NCBI GenBank assembly: GCA_964016885.1
Contig: OZ024759.1
Location: forward strand, 23,808,001 to 23,872,000
Source of the DNA: Eledone cirrhosa
Lineage: Eukaryota
Length of the DNA stretch: 64,000 nucleotides
Direction: 5' to 3'
A model generated the notes under the pieces. It had not been told where the DNA came from, did no database searches, and saw only the letters and a list, made by a program, of their open reading frames with translations. This document shows, piece by piece, positions 40,080 through 53,890 of this stretch. Position 1 is the first letter of the stretch, and the number at the start of each line of letters is the position of its first letter. The translations under genes and the position numbers were made by a program.

Positions 40080-40834
40080 CGTAAAAGCAGACGATATGGA
40101 GAAATGGTGGGAGCTGTCAAGTTTTTTAGTATTCAATAAAATTTAGTAAACTTTCAACAAGAAAAGCAGCAAAGAATTGATAACAACAACAGTAAGTTAT
40201 TTATTTATCTCCTCTCATATATAGTTTTTCACAATGCTACTTATATCTTTAAACAATAAATTCTTACTTTATGTAATTGAAAATTTAGATTTAATTTGTC
40301 CTGAAAATACGAACCGTACCTTTTTTTTGTATAAATACCATGAAATTTCAAAGAAATGTTCTGTAGTAATTATCATTGTATTTCATACCATATCAATTAT
40401 GCATGTTTATAAAATATACACACATGTAGATAAATATTACACATGACATTTTGTAACAATAAGGTGTATCAAAATAGCTATATTTCTTTTTTATACAAAT
40501 GACCATATAACCATGCAGTAACGTGTACAATACATATATGAGTATAAAGTGTTATTCTTTATGTATACCATTTATAATTTTTATAAAGTTATGTATACAT
40601 TGAGCAGTTGTAAAAATTGTAAATAAAATCGAATGCATTGTTTTTATACACCAATTGTTTTTATACACAATGCATTTAATAAAATATACATTGCATATTA
40701 CAAAATGCATGTTATAAAATATATATACATTCACAATACAGGTTTATATATACAATTCAACAGCATTCTAATAAATATTGCCTGTACAGGTATTCGAAAT
40801 GTGTATACATTTCGTGGAGTGGAGAACACCCTGT

Positions 40835-40873
<39 letters not shown>

Positions 40874-40877
<4 letters not shown>

Positions 40878-41497
40878 CACGATAAATTAACGGAGGCATA
40901 GGCCGTCGTTATTCCCTGTAAATAATGTGCTCAAAGGGGAAGAGATCCTGAGCCCTTTAAAATATAATATGTTGAGAAGGTAACACACCAGAGAGAGATA
41001 TATAGTGCGTTATCAATAATACAGGGAAAAAAACCACCAGTGTATGGAATCTATAACCTATGAAAGACAGACTATAGACACGATAATTAAAAATATAAAT
41101 TAAAGCGTAAATAAATACCTTTATAACTATATAACACACGTACAAATCCAAAGATATGTTTCACCAAAAAATTTTTTGAAAGAAATGGTCTAGTCTCGGT
41201 TCATCAGCGTGTGTAAGGCCATACATTTCAGACAACACTAAGAGAATTTTACAATTGACTGTCCAGCTACACGTGGGAGAGAGAAACATCGTGTTTAAGG
41301 GCAGTGAACCAGTGGCCTCTGAGAGACGAACTGCTAGAAAGGGCAGCCCAAAGCCACTCAGAGAAGTGTGCTCAACCAAACAGATAGGAAAGACTGTTGT
41401 TAGGAGCGAAATATCACGATAAATTAATGGAGGCATAGGCCGTCGTTATTCCCTGTAAATAATGTGCTCAAAGGGGAAGAGATCCTGAGCCCTTTAA
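40874..41497 (-). mobile_element. Hammerhead-containing partial-tandem element (retrozyme or Penelope pLTR-like)
   Basis: 87-bp direct repeats at 40874-40960 and 41411-41497 (1 mismatch, period 537) enclosing the hammerhead; flanked by (TA)n/(CA)n. Confidence 0.65.
41134..41214 (-). ncRNA. Type I hammerhead ribozyme (three helices)
   Basis: Minus strand: ACACACG-CUGAUGA-accgaga...uuuuggu-GAAA-cauauc(uuug)gauuug-UA-CGUGUGU; 7-bp helix I, intact core, GUA cleavage triplet. Confidence 0.8.
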
Positions 41498-41714
41498 TAT
41501 ACATATACACACACACACATACACATGTCAAAACACTCGTATTCCCTTTTTTAAAAGTGCAAAATATATATATATATATATATTGATTGATTGATATACA
41601 TTTTGATTTTAAAATGTATGTATGTATAGGGCAAGAGTAACGCACCGCCCTATCGTGTTATTTTACTGGTACGTGGTATTTATATATATATTCGTATATG
41701 TATGTATATATATA

Positions 41715-44258
41715 TGACAGTTTATTATGTCTTTCTCTCATTACTATGATTTATAATGAGCTCGGTCTCTTTTCCTGGATCATAGGAGTTTATTGTTAAC
41801 TATTAACTCTACCTTTTGATTTTATATATATACACATATATATGTATGTATAAAGGGCGGGCAAGGGTAACGCACCACCCTATCGTGATTCTAATTAGAC
41901 CGTGCGTGTCATTTGTATATATATATGTTCGATAATTTAGCTTACGTAGTCAAATTTATTTGATTGAAAGATAAATTAATTTATAAATATTAAAAAGAAA
42001 TAACTTCAATTCGTAAAATAAGAGAGGTTTAGTGACATATTTCATTGAAAATGTTCTCAATTGGATAACAGTAAATTTCAAGAATAAAAATGTCGCCTTA
42101 TGTCCTCCTTGTGAGATCAATAAATTAAAGTACCTGTAATGCACTGATTTAATTGATGGCCTTGTGCCAAAGTAGAAAATTATGTCACTAGTATACTTTT
42201 GTTTAACATTACAAAACGAATCTGATTTAATTATAATTAAACCAATGTTCGAAGTAAAACGAAAGTAAAAAAAAAAAACGATTGGCAACTTTATTTTTAC
42301 ATGAGAAAATGTAAACTTACACATGCGTATATATGTGTCTCTCTCTATATATATGACAGTTTATTATGTCTTTCTCTCATTACTATGATTTATAATGAGC
42401 TCGGTCTCTTTTCCTGGATCATAGGAGTTTATTGTTAACTATTAACTCTACCTTTTGATTTTATATATATACACATATATATGTATGTATAAAGGGCGGG
42501 CAAGGGTAACGCACCACCCTATCGTGATTCTAATTAGACCGTGCGTGTCATTTGTATATATATATGTTCGATAATTTAGCTTACGTAGTCAAATTTATTT
42601 GATTGAAAGATAAATTAATTTATAAATATTAAAAAGAAATAACTTCAATTCGTAAAATAAGAGAGGTTTAGTGACATATTTCATTGAAAATGTTCTCAAT
42701 TGGATAACAGTAAATTTCAAGAATAAAAATGTCGCCTTATGTCCTCCTTGTGAGATCAATAAATTAAAGTACCTGTAATGCACTGATTTAATTGATGGCC
42801 TTGTGCCAAAGTAGAAAATTATGTCACTAGTATACTTTTGTTTAACATTACAAAACGAATCTGATTTAATTATAATTAAACCAATGTTCGAAGTAAAACG
42901 AAAGTAAAAAAAAAAAACGATTGGCAACTTTATTTTTACATGAGAAAATGTAAACTTACACATGCGTATATATGTGTCTCTCTCTATATATATGACAGTT
43001 TATTATGTCTTTCTCTCATTACTATGATTTATAATGAGCTCGGTCTCTTTTCCTGGATCATAGGAGTTTATTGTTAACTATTAACTCTACCTTTTGATTT
43101 TATATATATACACATATATATGTATGTATAAAGGGCGGGCAAGGGTAACGCACCACCCTATCGTGATTCTAAGTAGATCGTGCGTGTCATTTATATATAT
43201 ATATATTCGATAATTTAGCTTACGTAGTCAAATTTATTTGATTGAAAGATAAATTAATTTATAAATATTAAAAAGAAATAACTTCAATTCGTAAAATAAG
43301 AGAGGTTTAGTGACATATTTCATTGAAAATGTTCTCAATTGGATAACAGTAAATTTCAAGAATAAAAATGTCGCTTTATGTCCGCCTTGTGAGATCAATA
43401 AAATAAAGTACCTGTAATGCACTGATTTAATTGATGGCCTTGTGCCAAAGTAGAAAATTATGTCACTAGTATAGTTGTGTTTAACATTACAAAACGAATC
43501 TGATTTAATTATAAATAAACCAATGTTCGAAGTAAAACGAAAGTAAAAAAAAAAAACGTTTGGCAGCTTTATTTTTACATGAGAAAATGTAAACTTACAC
43601 ATGCGTATATATGTATATGTATGTATATATATATGACAGTTTATTATGTCTTTCTCTCATTACTATGATTTATAATGAGCTCGGTCTCTTTTCCTGGATC
43701 ATAGGAGTTTATTGTTAACTATTAACTCTACCTTTTGATTTTATATATATACACATATGTATGTATGTGTATATATATAAAATCAAACAAGAGTAACGCA
43801 CCACCCTACCGTGATTCTAAGTAGATCGTGCGTGTCATTTATATATATATATATATTCGATAATTTAGCTTACGTAGTCAAATTTATTTGATTGAAAGAT
43901 AAATTAATTTATAAATATTAAAAAGAAATAACTTCAATTCGTAAAATAAGAGAGGTTTAGTGACATATTTCATTGAAAATGTTCTCAATTGGATAACAGT
44001 AAATTTCAAGAATAAAAATGTCGCTTTATGTCCTCCTTGTGAGATCAATAAAATAAAGTACCTGTAATGCACTGATTTAATTGATGGCCTTGTGCCAAAG
44101 TAGAAAATTATGTCACTAGTATAGTTTTGTTTAACATTACAAAACGAATCTGATTTAATTATAAACAAACCAATGTTCGAAGTAAAACGAAAGTAAAAAA
44201 AAACAAACGTTTGGCAACTTTATTTTTACATCAGAAAATGTAAACTTACACATGCGTA

Positions 44259-44295
<37 letters not shown>

Positions 44296-46930
44296 GACAG
44301 TTTATTATGGCTTTCTCTCATTACTATGATTTATAATGAGCTCGGTCTCTTTTCCTGGATCATAGGAGTTTATTGTTAACTATTAACTCTATCTTTTGAT
44401 TTTATATATATACACATATGTATGTATGTATAAAGGGCGGGCAAGGGTAACGCACCACCCTATCGTGATTCTAAGTAGATCGTGCGTGTCATTTATATAT
44501 AGATATATTCGATAATTTAGCTTACGTAGTCAAATTTATTTGATTGAAAGATAAATTAATTTATAAATTTTAAAAAGAAATAACTTCAATTCGTAAAATA
44601 AGAGAGGTTTAGTGACATATTTCATTGAAAATGTTCTCAATTGGATAACAGTAAATTTCAAGAATAAAAATGTCGCGTCTCCGCTTTATGTCCGCCTTGT
44701 GAGATCAATAAAATAAAGTACCTGTAATGCACTTATTTAATTGATGGCCTTGTGCCAAAGTAGAAAATTATGTCACTAGTATAGTTTTGTTTAACATTAC
44801 AAAACGAATCTGATTTAATTATAAATAAACCAATGTTCGAAGTAAAACGAAAGTAAAAAAAAATAAACGTTTGGCAACTTTATTTTTACATGAGAAAATG
44901 TAAACTTACACATGCGTATATATGTGTCTCTCTCTATATATATGACAGTTTATTATGTCTTTCTCTCATTACTATGATTTATAATGAGCTCGGTCTCTTT
45001 TCCTGGATCATAGGAGTTTATTATTAACTATTAACTCTACCTTTTGATTTTATATATATACACATATGTATGTATGTATAAAGGGCGGGCAAGGGTAACG
45101 CACCACCCTATCGTGATTCTAAGTAGATCGTGCGTGTCATTTATATATATATATATTCGATAATTTAGCTTACGTAGTCAAATTTATTTGATTGAAAGAT
45201 AAATTAATTTATAAATATTAAAAAGAAATAACTTCAATTCGTAAAATAAGAGAGGTTTAGTGACATATTTCATTGAAAATGTTCTCAATTGGATAACAGT
45301 AAATTTCAAGAATAAAAATGTCGCCTTATGTCCTCCTTGTGAGATCAATAAATTAAAGTACCTGTAATGCACTGATTTAATTGATGGCCTTGTGCCAAAG
45401 TAGAAAATTATGTCACTAGTATAGTTTTGTTTAACATTACAAAACGAATCTGATTTAATTATAAATAAACCAATGTTCGAAGTAAAACGAAAGTAAAAAA
45501 AAATAAACGTTTGGCAACTTTATTTTTACATGAGAAAATGTAAACTTACACATGCGTGTATATGTATGTATATATATATGACAGTTTATTATGTCTTTCT
45601 CTCATTACTATGATTTATAATGAGCTCGGTCTCTTTTCCTGGATTATAGGAGTTTATTGTTAACTATTAACTCTACCTTTTGATTTTATATATATACACA
45701 TATGTATGTATGTGTATATATATAAAATCAAACAAGAGTAACGCACCACCCTACCGTGATTCTAAGTAGATCGTGCGTGTCATTTATATATATATATATT
45801 CGATAATTTAGCTTACGTAGTCAAATTTATTTGATTGAAAGATAAATTAATTTATAAATTTTAAAAAGAAATAACTTCAATTCGTAAAATAAGAGAGGTT
45901 TAGTGACATATTTCATTGAAAATGTTCTCAATTGGATAACAGTAAATTTCAAGAATAAAAATGTCGCTTTATGTCCGCCTTGTGAGATCAATAAAATAAA
46001 GTACCTGTAATGCACTGATTTAATTGATGGCCTTGTGCCAAAGTAGAAAATTATGTCACTAGTATAGTTTTGTTTAACATTACAAAACGAATCTGATTTA
46101 ATTATAAATAAACCAATGTTCGAAGTAAAACCAAAGTAAAAAAAAATAAACGTTTGGCAACTTTATTTTTACATCAGAAAATGTAAACTTACACATGCGT
46201 ATATATGTGTCTCTCTATATATATATGACAGTTTATTATGTCTTTCTCTCATTACTATGATTTATAATGAGCTCGGTCTCTTTTCCTGGATCATAGGAGT
46301 TTATTGTTAACTATTAACTCTATCTTTTGATTTTATATATATACACATATGTATGTATGTATAAAGGGCGGGCAAGGGTAACGCACCACCCTATCGTGAT
46401 TCTAAGTAGATCGTGCGTGTCATTTATATATATATATATTCGATAATTTAGCTTACGTAGTCAAATTTATTTGATTGAAAGATAAATTAATTTATAAATA
46501 TTTTTTTAAAATATCTTCAATTCGTAAAATTTAGTGACATATTCTATTCAAAATGTCTGAATTGGATAACAGTAAATTTCAAGAATAAAAATGTCGCGTC
46601 TCCGCTTTATGTCCTCCTTGCGAGATCGATAAAATAAAGTACCAGTAATGCACTGATTTAATTGATGGCCTTGTGCCAAAGTAGAAAATTATGTCACTAG
46701 TATAGTTTTGTTTAACATTACAAAACGAATCTGATTTAATTATAAACAAACCAATGTTCGAAGTAAAACGAATGTAAAAAAAAAAAAAAAAAAATGTTTG
46801 ACAACTTATTTTTTTACATCAGAAAATGTAAACATACACACGCGTATATGTGTATATATATATATATATATGACATAGTTTATTATGTCTTTCTCTCATA
46901 ACTATGATTCATAATGAGCTCGGTCTTTCT
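41715..46930. repeat. ~640-bp tandem repeat, about 8 copies
   Basis: GACAGTTTATTATGTCTTTCTCTC anchor recurs every 639-650 bp; each unit holds a family-2 SINE 3' fragment. Confidence 0.95.
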
Positions 46931-46943
46931 CCTAGGATCATCG

Positions 46944-46984
<41 letters not shown>

Positions 46985-47092
46985 GAAAAGTATACAAATT
47001 ATTGTAGCAAGAAGCCAACAGTATTCCATAATACCTTTCATTTATTTATATATATATATATATGGCTTTTCGCTACAATGTTTTCTATACCT

Positions 47093-47139
<47 letters not shown>

Positions 47140-47394
47140 TGAGTGTTCCTGTTACAGGTTGGTGATCGACGTGCTGAATGATACATACGGTACATGTGTA
47201 TTATTATTATTAGCACACGCTTTTTTATCACCAAAACATGAGTAAGAAATAAAAACTAGGACCGAAATAATATATTTAAAGTCAATAGAAAATCAGTGTA
47301 GTAAAAACCAAAGCACAAGTATATTGAAATAAATTATGGAAGGGGCAAAAGCCCCTTAACGCCAGAAGGCTTATATATATATATATATATATAT

Positions 47395-47595
47395 AAGAAC
47401 AAGTAAGACCCCGACGGCTGAGCTCAAGCCGTTTCGACGGCTAATTCTGTACTAATTCAGTACAGAATTAGCCGTCGAAACGGCTTGAGCTCAGCCGTCG
47501 GGGTCTTACTTGTTCCTATTACCCACTCTACTACCCTAAGTATTGAGTACTTTGGTGCGTTATGGTCCACCTGGTTCCTTACCACATTTCCTTCG

Positions 47596-47598
<3 letters not shown>
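47395..47598 (+). mobile_element. Fold-back palindromic element family, copy D
   Basis: Palindrome 47397-47516 then an 80-bp tail, reverse complement of 4160-4353; flanked by (TA)n. Confidence 0.75.
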
Positions 47599-47913
<315 letters not shown>

Positions 47914-48519
47914 GATGGACTCCCCCGTCGATTTCGAAGTATGATGATCCAAACAAGCTACTCAGTTCATTCAGTTTGGATGTTTATGCCGAGTATGACA
48001 TTTTAATCCTGCCAAATATTTGCAACTTCGCAGATCGTGTATGTATGTATGCATATACATTAATGTCTGTATATGTATGAATATGTAGCAAAGTATATCT
48101 GTGGGTGTAAAAAAGGAAGGAAAGCAGTGCTCGATCTAGTGTAAGAGAGATGATATTTATTTATATTCATACACAGAACTAGAAAGTGATCTGCACCACC
48201 GTACACAGTCTGGGGAGATGGTCATAAATGGACCTTGAAACCTAAGGTAGTGCTTTCTTGTTTTGAGTATAAACATAAACAATACACACACATTATCCTA
48301 ACGTATCTTATTTTTAAGATGGTAGTCTGTGGTTTGAGGGAAAATTGGCTGTTATTTCTAACAAGTCGGGTGACATGTACACGCTTTCTCTTTGATTCTT
48401 ACATATCTGGTACATCATTATGTCAATAGTGCTGTTGCGTCCACCATTACAGAAACAATCTGAATTAACTATAAATAAAACAATGTTTGAAGTAAAACGA
48501 AACATTCATGTGTGTATAT

Positions 48520-48567
<48 letters not shown>

Positions 48568-48713
48568 AAAGTTATATTTAAATTGTTGGGTTACAACGAG
48601 TAAATATTTATAACTGATATAAAAGTACTCAACAAGTATTTGGAGTATATTTACGATATTAAATAAATGGAAATTATATTTATAAAACCATATTTATAAG
48701 ACTGTTTATATTG

Positions 48714-48781
48714 TATTTTGTCTGAAGAAGGCATAACATATTTTTAATATGATATCCCTGAAATATATATATAATGAAATA
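48714..48781 (+). ncRNA. Minimal type I hammerhead ribozyme
   Basis: UAUUUUGU-CUGAAGA-aggcauaacauau...auaugauaucccu-GAAA-uauauaua-UA-AUGAAAUA; helix I with two GU pairs; embedded in an inverted repeat at 48653-48823. Confidence 0.65.
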
Positions 48782-48821
48782 AATATGGTTTTATAAATAT
48801 AATTTCCATTTATTTAATATC

Positions 48822-48913
<92 letters not shown>

Positions 48914-50167
48914 ATATATGTTTAACATACCTTTTTACACCAGATGTTTATTGAATTTTTTCATGTATATTTTAAATGAAAAAATCCAGTCCTTGTATTG
49001 AATTCCAACGTAATTTTCAGTTATTATCTCTATTGATTGGTAGAACAATGGCGACACCTCGCGGCTAACTTACAAGCTATTAAGTAGGGCCTTTATGTCT
49101 GCCGTGCCCCCACCTAGGGCTTCACAAAGGTAATGCTGAGTGGTCGTGTGTTAAGATGAAATTTTCAAGTATTTTGTTAAAAACATAATAGACACACACT
49201 ACTGAATATCAAAGGCGTTGAATTAACAAGAGCCGTGAAAACGTCTGATAGAATGCTTTGTGGTATTCGTTCCTGTTCTCTGTTCTACGAGTTCAAATCT
49301 CGCCGAGGTCGACTCTGCCTTTCTCGTTTTCGAGGTCGATAAAAAAATGTGCAGTTCAATACTGGGATTGATTCTTTTTCTATATCCCTTTATTTCAAAA
49401 TACACAAATATATTCCTAGTAAAAAATTATATAAAAATAAAAAAAATAATAATTTAATTGAAATTCCGCTATAAGGAAATTCCCGAGGTATAAAAAAAAA
49501 ATTCGCTGTAACGAAAAATTCTTTATAACGAGATCGACCTAACACATCGAGCGTGTGGCCGAGGATTGAAAAAAATTTCGTTATACTGAAAAGTTCGCTA
49601 TAATAGTATTTGTCATACGGAATTTGACCTGTACAAAATGAAAGTAGCCGTGGAAAATAAAAACTAAGTACCATAAACTAGAGGAGCTTATTATGCTTAT
49701 ATACTTCAAAACAGATAAGATGGTCACATCTGGAACGCTTTTGACCATATGTTTTTTTTTGTTTGTTTTTCTTTTCTTTTTCCGTTTTTTATATAATTAG
49801 AAAAGAAGTTTATTACTGGTGCAGAAATAAGTTGCTTGCTATAAAGATACATTTAGAGTTATCTCTCTTAGTAATTAGGATCGACGGAGTTATCTTCCTT
49901 ATACTTTGGTAACTTGATTAAATAATAGAAGTGCAAGTGACTTAAAAACCACGTGTGTCATTTCTTCTGTAACGATAAACTACGACCACCACTACCACTA
50001 CTACTACTGCTACTACTATAATAACGGCTTCTTCTATAGGCACAAGGCCAGCAATTATCGACTCCGTAAGGATGAAAGGTAAAGTTAACCTCGGCGTGAT
50101 TTGAACTCAGAACGTAAAAGGGCCATAACTCTATGCCGCAAAGCATGGTGTCTGACGCTGCCTACCA

Positions 50168-51330
50168 CTTATGTCGAAATTATTGACTGGAATAATCGCA
50201 GAATCAATGTACGGGCATCTTGATGCGAATGAAGTTCTACCAGTTGAGCTGAAAGGGTGCAAGCGTAAGTGCAAAGGTACAAAGGACCAGCTTTTGATTA
50301 ATAAAATAATACTTAAGGATAGCAAGAGGAGGAAAAACCAACTTGACCGTGGCGTGGATTGATTACCGCAAAGCCTATGACATGGATTATGGAATGCCTT
50401 GACTTATTTGGTATCGCATCAAATGTTGAGTGATTCTTCAGGAAAAGTATGGAAGAGTGGAAGACTGAACTGACAGCATATGGAAGAAATTTAAGCACAC
50501 TAGAAATCAAGAGAGGTATATTCCAAGGAGACAGCCTGTCACAATTGATGTTTGTATTGTGCATGATAACACTGACAATGATTTTGAGAAAAGCTAAGGC
50601 TGGTTATGAATTCAAAGATCGCCAGCAAAAAAAAATCAACCACTTAATTATTCATGGACAATCTCAAGCTTTATGATAAGAATGAATCCCAGCTTGGTTT
50701 CTTCATTAATACAGTCTATACATTCAGTGCTGACATCAGAATTGTGTTCGGATTAAAAAGGTGTGGTGTGTTAATCTTGAACGGAGGCAAAATTAAACGC
50801 ATTCGAGGGTTGCTGCTGCTGCCATCAGGCCCTTGGCAGTGGAGACTTCTGGTGTCCTTGGCCCTAAGGCTACCTCTCTACTCCCCACCATAGGCGCTGA
50901 GCGAGCTGGTGTGAGTCTCGCAAGATGGAATGGCTCTTCCAGCGCATCTCCCATACCATCCTCCGGGGAAATGCCTTTTACATTCTGTCCGCCGGGGCTG
51001 TGGGGCGGCCAGCACGTGGGACCCCATTTGCTCACTATAGAGAGAGATGGAGAGGGCGAGAAAGATGGGGGCGATGACAGTGGGAGTTCAGCTCTTCCGT
51101 GTTCGGACACATTGCACCTGTCATGTGGATCATGGGATAATTTCATCTTCCCTGAGACCTTTTATGTTGTAAGGATACGATTCCTGTGGCTAACATGAGT
51201 GTTATTAATTCTCATGAAAGGTTATGAAGCAAATAGAAGAGGAAGGTTATAAGTACTTAGGGATATTGGAAGTTGATTAGATGCAGGAGAAAATGGAAGA
51301 AAAATTCAAGATGGGATGCATGCGTGACTG
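50168..51330 (+). pseudogene. R4/Dong-like non-LTR retrotransposon RT fragment, interrupted at ~50800-51200
   Basis: [54 protein letters not shown], later YKYLGILE; several frameshifts. Confidence 0.8.
50820..50990 (+). mobile_element. CRE-like non-LTR 3' fragment (restriction-like endonuclease end)
   Basis: PLAVETSGVLGPKA...LFQRISHTILRGNAFYIL. Confidence 0.6.
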
Positions 51331-52471
51331 AGAAAGTAGTTGACGAATGTATCTTTTAACACTTCTCGTTCTGACCACACTGAGAAAATTACTAAGCCTG
51401 CATTTTCCACTAGACAGTCCAGACTCATCTACGCTAAAATCATATGACAGTTCATAACACTATAGGACCAACTCTACCACTTTGGATGTATTCATAACGC
51501 TTCTACACGTCAACGATGTTTAGAGATTTATTTATTGATTGCAAGAAATTATAATATATTTAATTTAAGTATACAAATATGGATACAACTGTGATCCCTT
51601 TAAGGGGTGTAACTCCATGCCGTAAAACATGTTGTCCGACGATCTACCGATACTGCCGACCCTCTTCCCTTCCCCTTCTTTCCCATACATATTAATACCA
51701 ATCTTATATATGTATAGATATTTCCACAATGATGCTACGTGTGATCAGAGGAAATTATTATACTTTTAACTAGCAAAAGAGCCCGTCGTTGTAGGGTACA
51801 CACTCATTCCTCAACATGGCCGTCTTTAAATAGCCCCAGAATTCTGCTATTTTAGGGAAGAGAAAGATTTAAACTATATGTTGACCTGCTCAGGGAGGTA
51901 AATAACCTACGTATCAAATTTGAACAAAATCGTATGGAAACTGTGGAAATGCATCGCCTGCATACAGACACTCTATCGATACTGCCAATTTATTTATAAA
52001 GGTTCCAAGCGGTAGACTGGCAGTATCGGTAGAGGGTCGGACACCATGCTTTGACGTATAGAGTTACGGCCCTTGCCATTCTGAGTCCAAATCCCGCCGA
52101 GGTTAACTTTGCCTTTCATCCTTACGGGGTCGATAAAATAAAGTACCAGTAATGCACTGGTTAATGGCTGGCCTTGTGCCAAAAGTAGAAACAATAATTT
52201 GTTTATATTTTCATTTGGACCCCGTACTGCCGAGCTCCTCTGCAAGATCGGATTATGTATTACCTGCAGCATTTTCGTTTATATATATATAGATTTGATT
52301 ATAGGAATTTCTGTAAAACTTTCCTAACTAGCCTTCATGGCAGCGCCAGCTCTGACAAGGCTTGCTATTCTGTGACTGCTGTCTTCTTAATCTCTGTTGC
52401 TGCTGTTATTATTTAACCCCAGGTTGACCGTGGTCTTGCAAAGGGATTCAAATTATTTCTACCATTACTAT

Positions 52472-52655
52472 TGTGGATTGGCAGTATCGGTAGAGTATCG
52501 GACGCCATGCTTTCCAGCATAGTTACGTCCCTTTACGATCTGAGTTCAAATCCCGCCGAGGTTGACTTTGCCTTTCATCCTTACGGGGTCGATAAAATAA
52601 AGTACCAGTAATGCACTGGGTAATTGCTGGCCTTGTGCCTAAAGTAGAAACAATT
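52472..52655 (+). mobile_element. tRNA-derived SINE (family 2), representative copy
   Basis: TTGGCAGTATCGG A box, GAGTTCAAATCC B box, GCCTTTCATCCTTACGGGGTCGATAAA core; further copies near 5250, 6750, 9360, 9557, 16865, 32915, 33140, 34530, 34965, 37500, 39108, 49215, 50035 and 52010. Confidence 0.8.
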
Positions 52656-52691
52656 ACTATTACTACCACTACCACAAGTACCACCACCACC

Positions 52692-52747
<56 letters not shown>

Positions 52748-52928
52748 AACGACTACTATCAACAGTACCATCACCACCTCCACCACCACTACCACCACTA
52801 CTACTACTTCCACGACTACTCCCAAGATTACCACCACCACTACAGCCAACGCCACCACCACCACCATAACTACCACCACGACTAATACCACCTCCCCTAC
52901 TACCAACACTACCACTGCCACCACACTG

Positions 52929-52974
<46 letters not shown>

Positions 52975-53176
52975 CACACTACCATCGCCATGACTACTAG
53001 CGCTATTCCTACTAATGACACTACCAACACCACAACTACCGACACTACCACCACCACTACAACCACCACTACGACAACCTCCTACAACCAACATTACTAC
53101 CACCCTCACCACAACTACCACCACCACTACGACTACAACGTCACCCAAAACTACCAGCACTAACCCCTTCTACCAA

Positions 53177-53245
<69 letters not shown>

Positions 53246-53260
53246 CATCACCACCATTAC
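52655..53260. repeat. (TAC)n/(CAC)n compound microsatellite
   Basis: Directly visible; starts at a SINE tail. Confidence 0.9.
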
Positions 53261-53624
53261 CACTTAATCTGTTTATTTAGCCGTGCTCTACTGTCAAATA
53301 TTTCACGGCTCAAGTGACAGACAGGTGACGAAAGACACTGCATCAAATGTTTATCATCTTTCTTCTCCCCTTCATCATTGCCATTATTACCGTCATCAGG
53401 TTCATCATGATGATCATTATCTTCATTTTCATTGCCAACACAGCACCTCTCCCTCACCTTTCTTATTCTATTTTCCATCATCATCATTTCCAACAGCTGA
53501 TTGTCCTCAACGACCCTTTACCATCCACCACCCACTTCCTGCGCCTACACAATATTTACACACGCACACTTATTTACGTACGTACATACAAGCATACACA
53601 CATACATACATAGATACATACATA

Positions 53625-53890
53625 CAAACGTTGTCAGAAAAATACAGGAGAAGGAGGACATCTACGAACCATTGATGTGGAGTTTACAAATCCAGTATCC
53701 AAGATACACCTTTAGCTTCATACCCATCATTATTGGAGCTACGGGTTATATACCAACCCGCTTGGACCAATGTATAACTAAACTTGGATTTGCGAACAAA
53801 GAGCGCAGTTCCCTAATTCATAGTCTACAAATGGCTGTGATAGCTGGCACCTTCAAAATTTGCAAAATATTCTTGCGATTCAAGGGTGAC
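53625..53890 (+). mobile_element. Non-LTR retrotransposon C-terminal fragment (R4/NeSL-like RLE end)
   Basis: KIQEKEDIYEPL...FIPIIIGATGYIP...LQMAVIAGTFKICKIFL. Confidence 0.6.

Noticed and set aside
41956-46015. Repeated 122-aa minus-strand ORFs
   Set aside because: AT-rich tandem-repeat artefacts overlapping a SINE fragment; frames break between units
51765-51970. Helitron/Helentron-like non-autonomous element (AACTAGC...ATCAAATTTGAACAAAATCG)
   Set aside because: Resemblance only; single copy here and termini could not be verified
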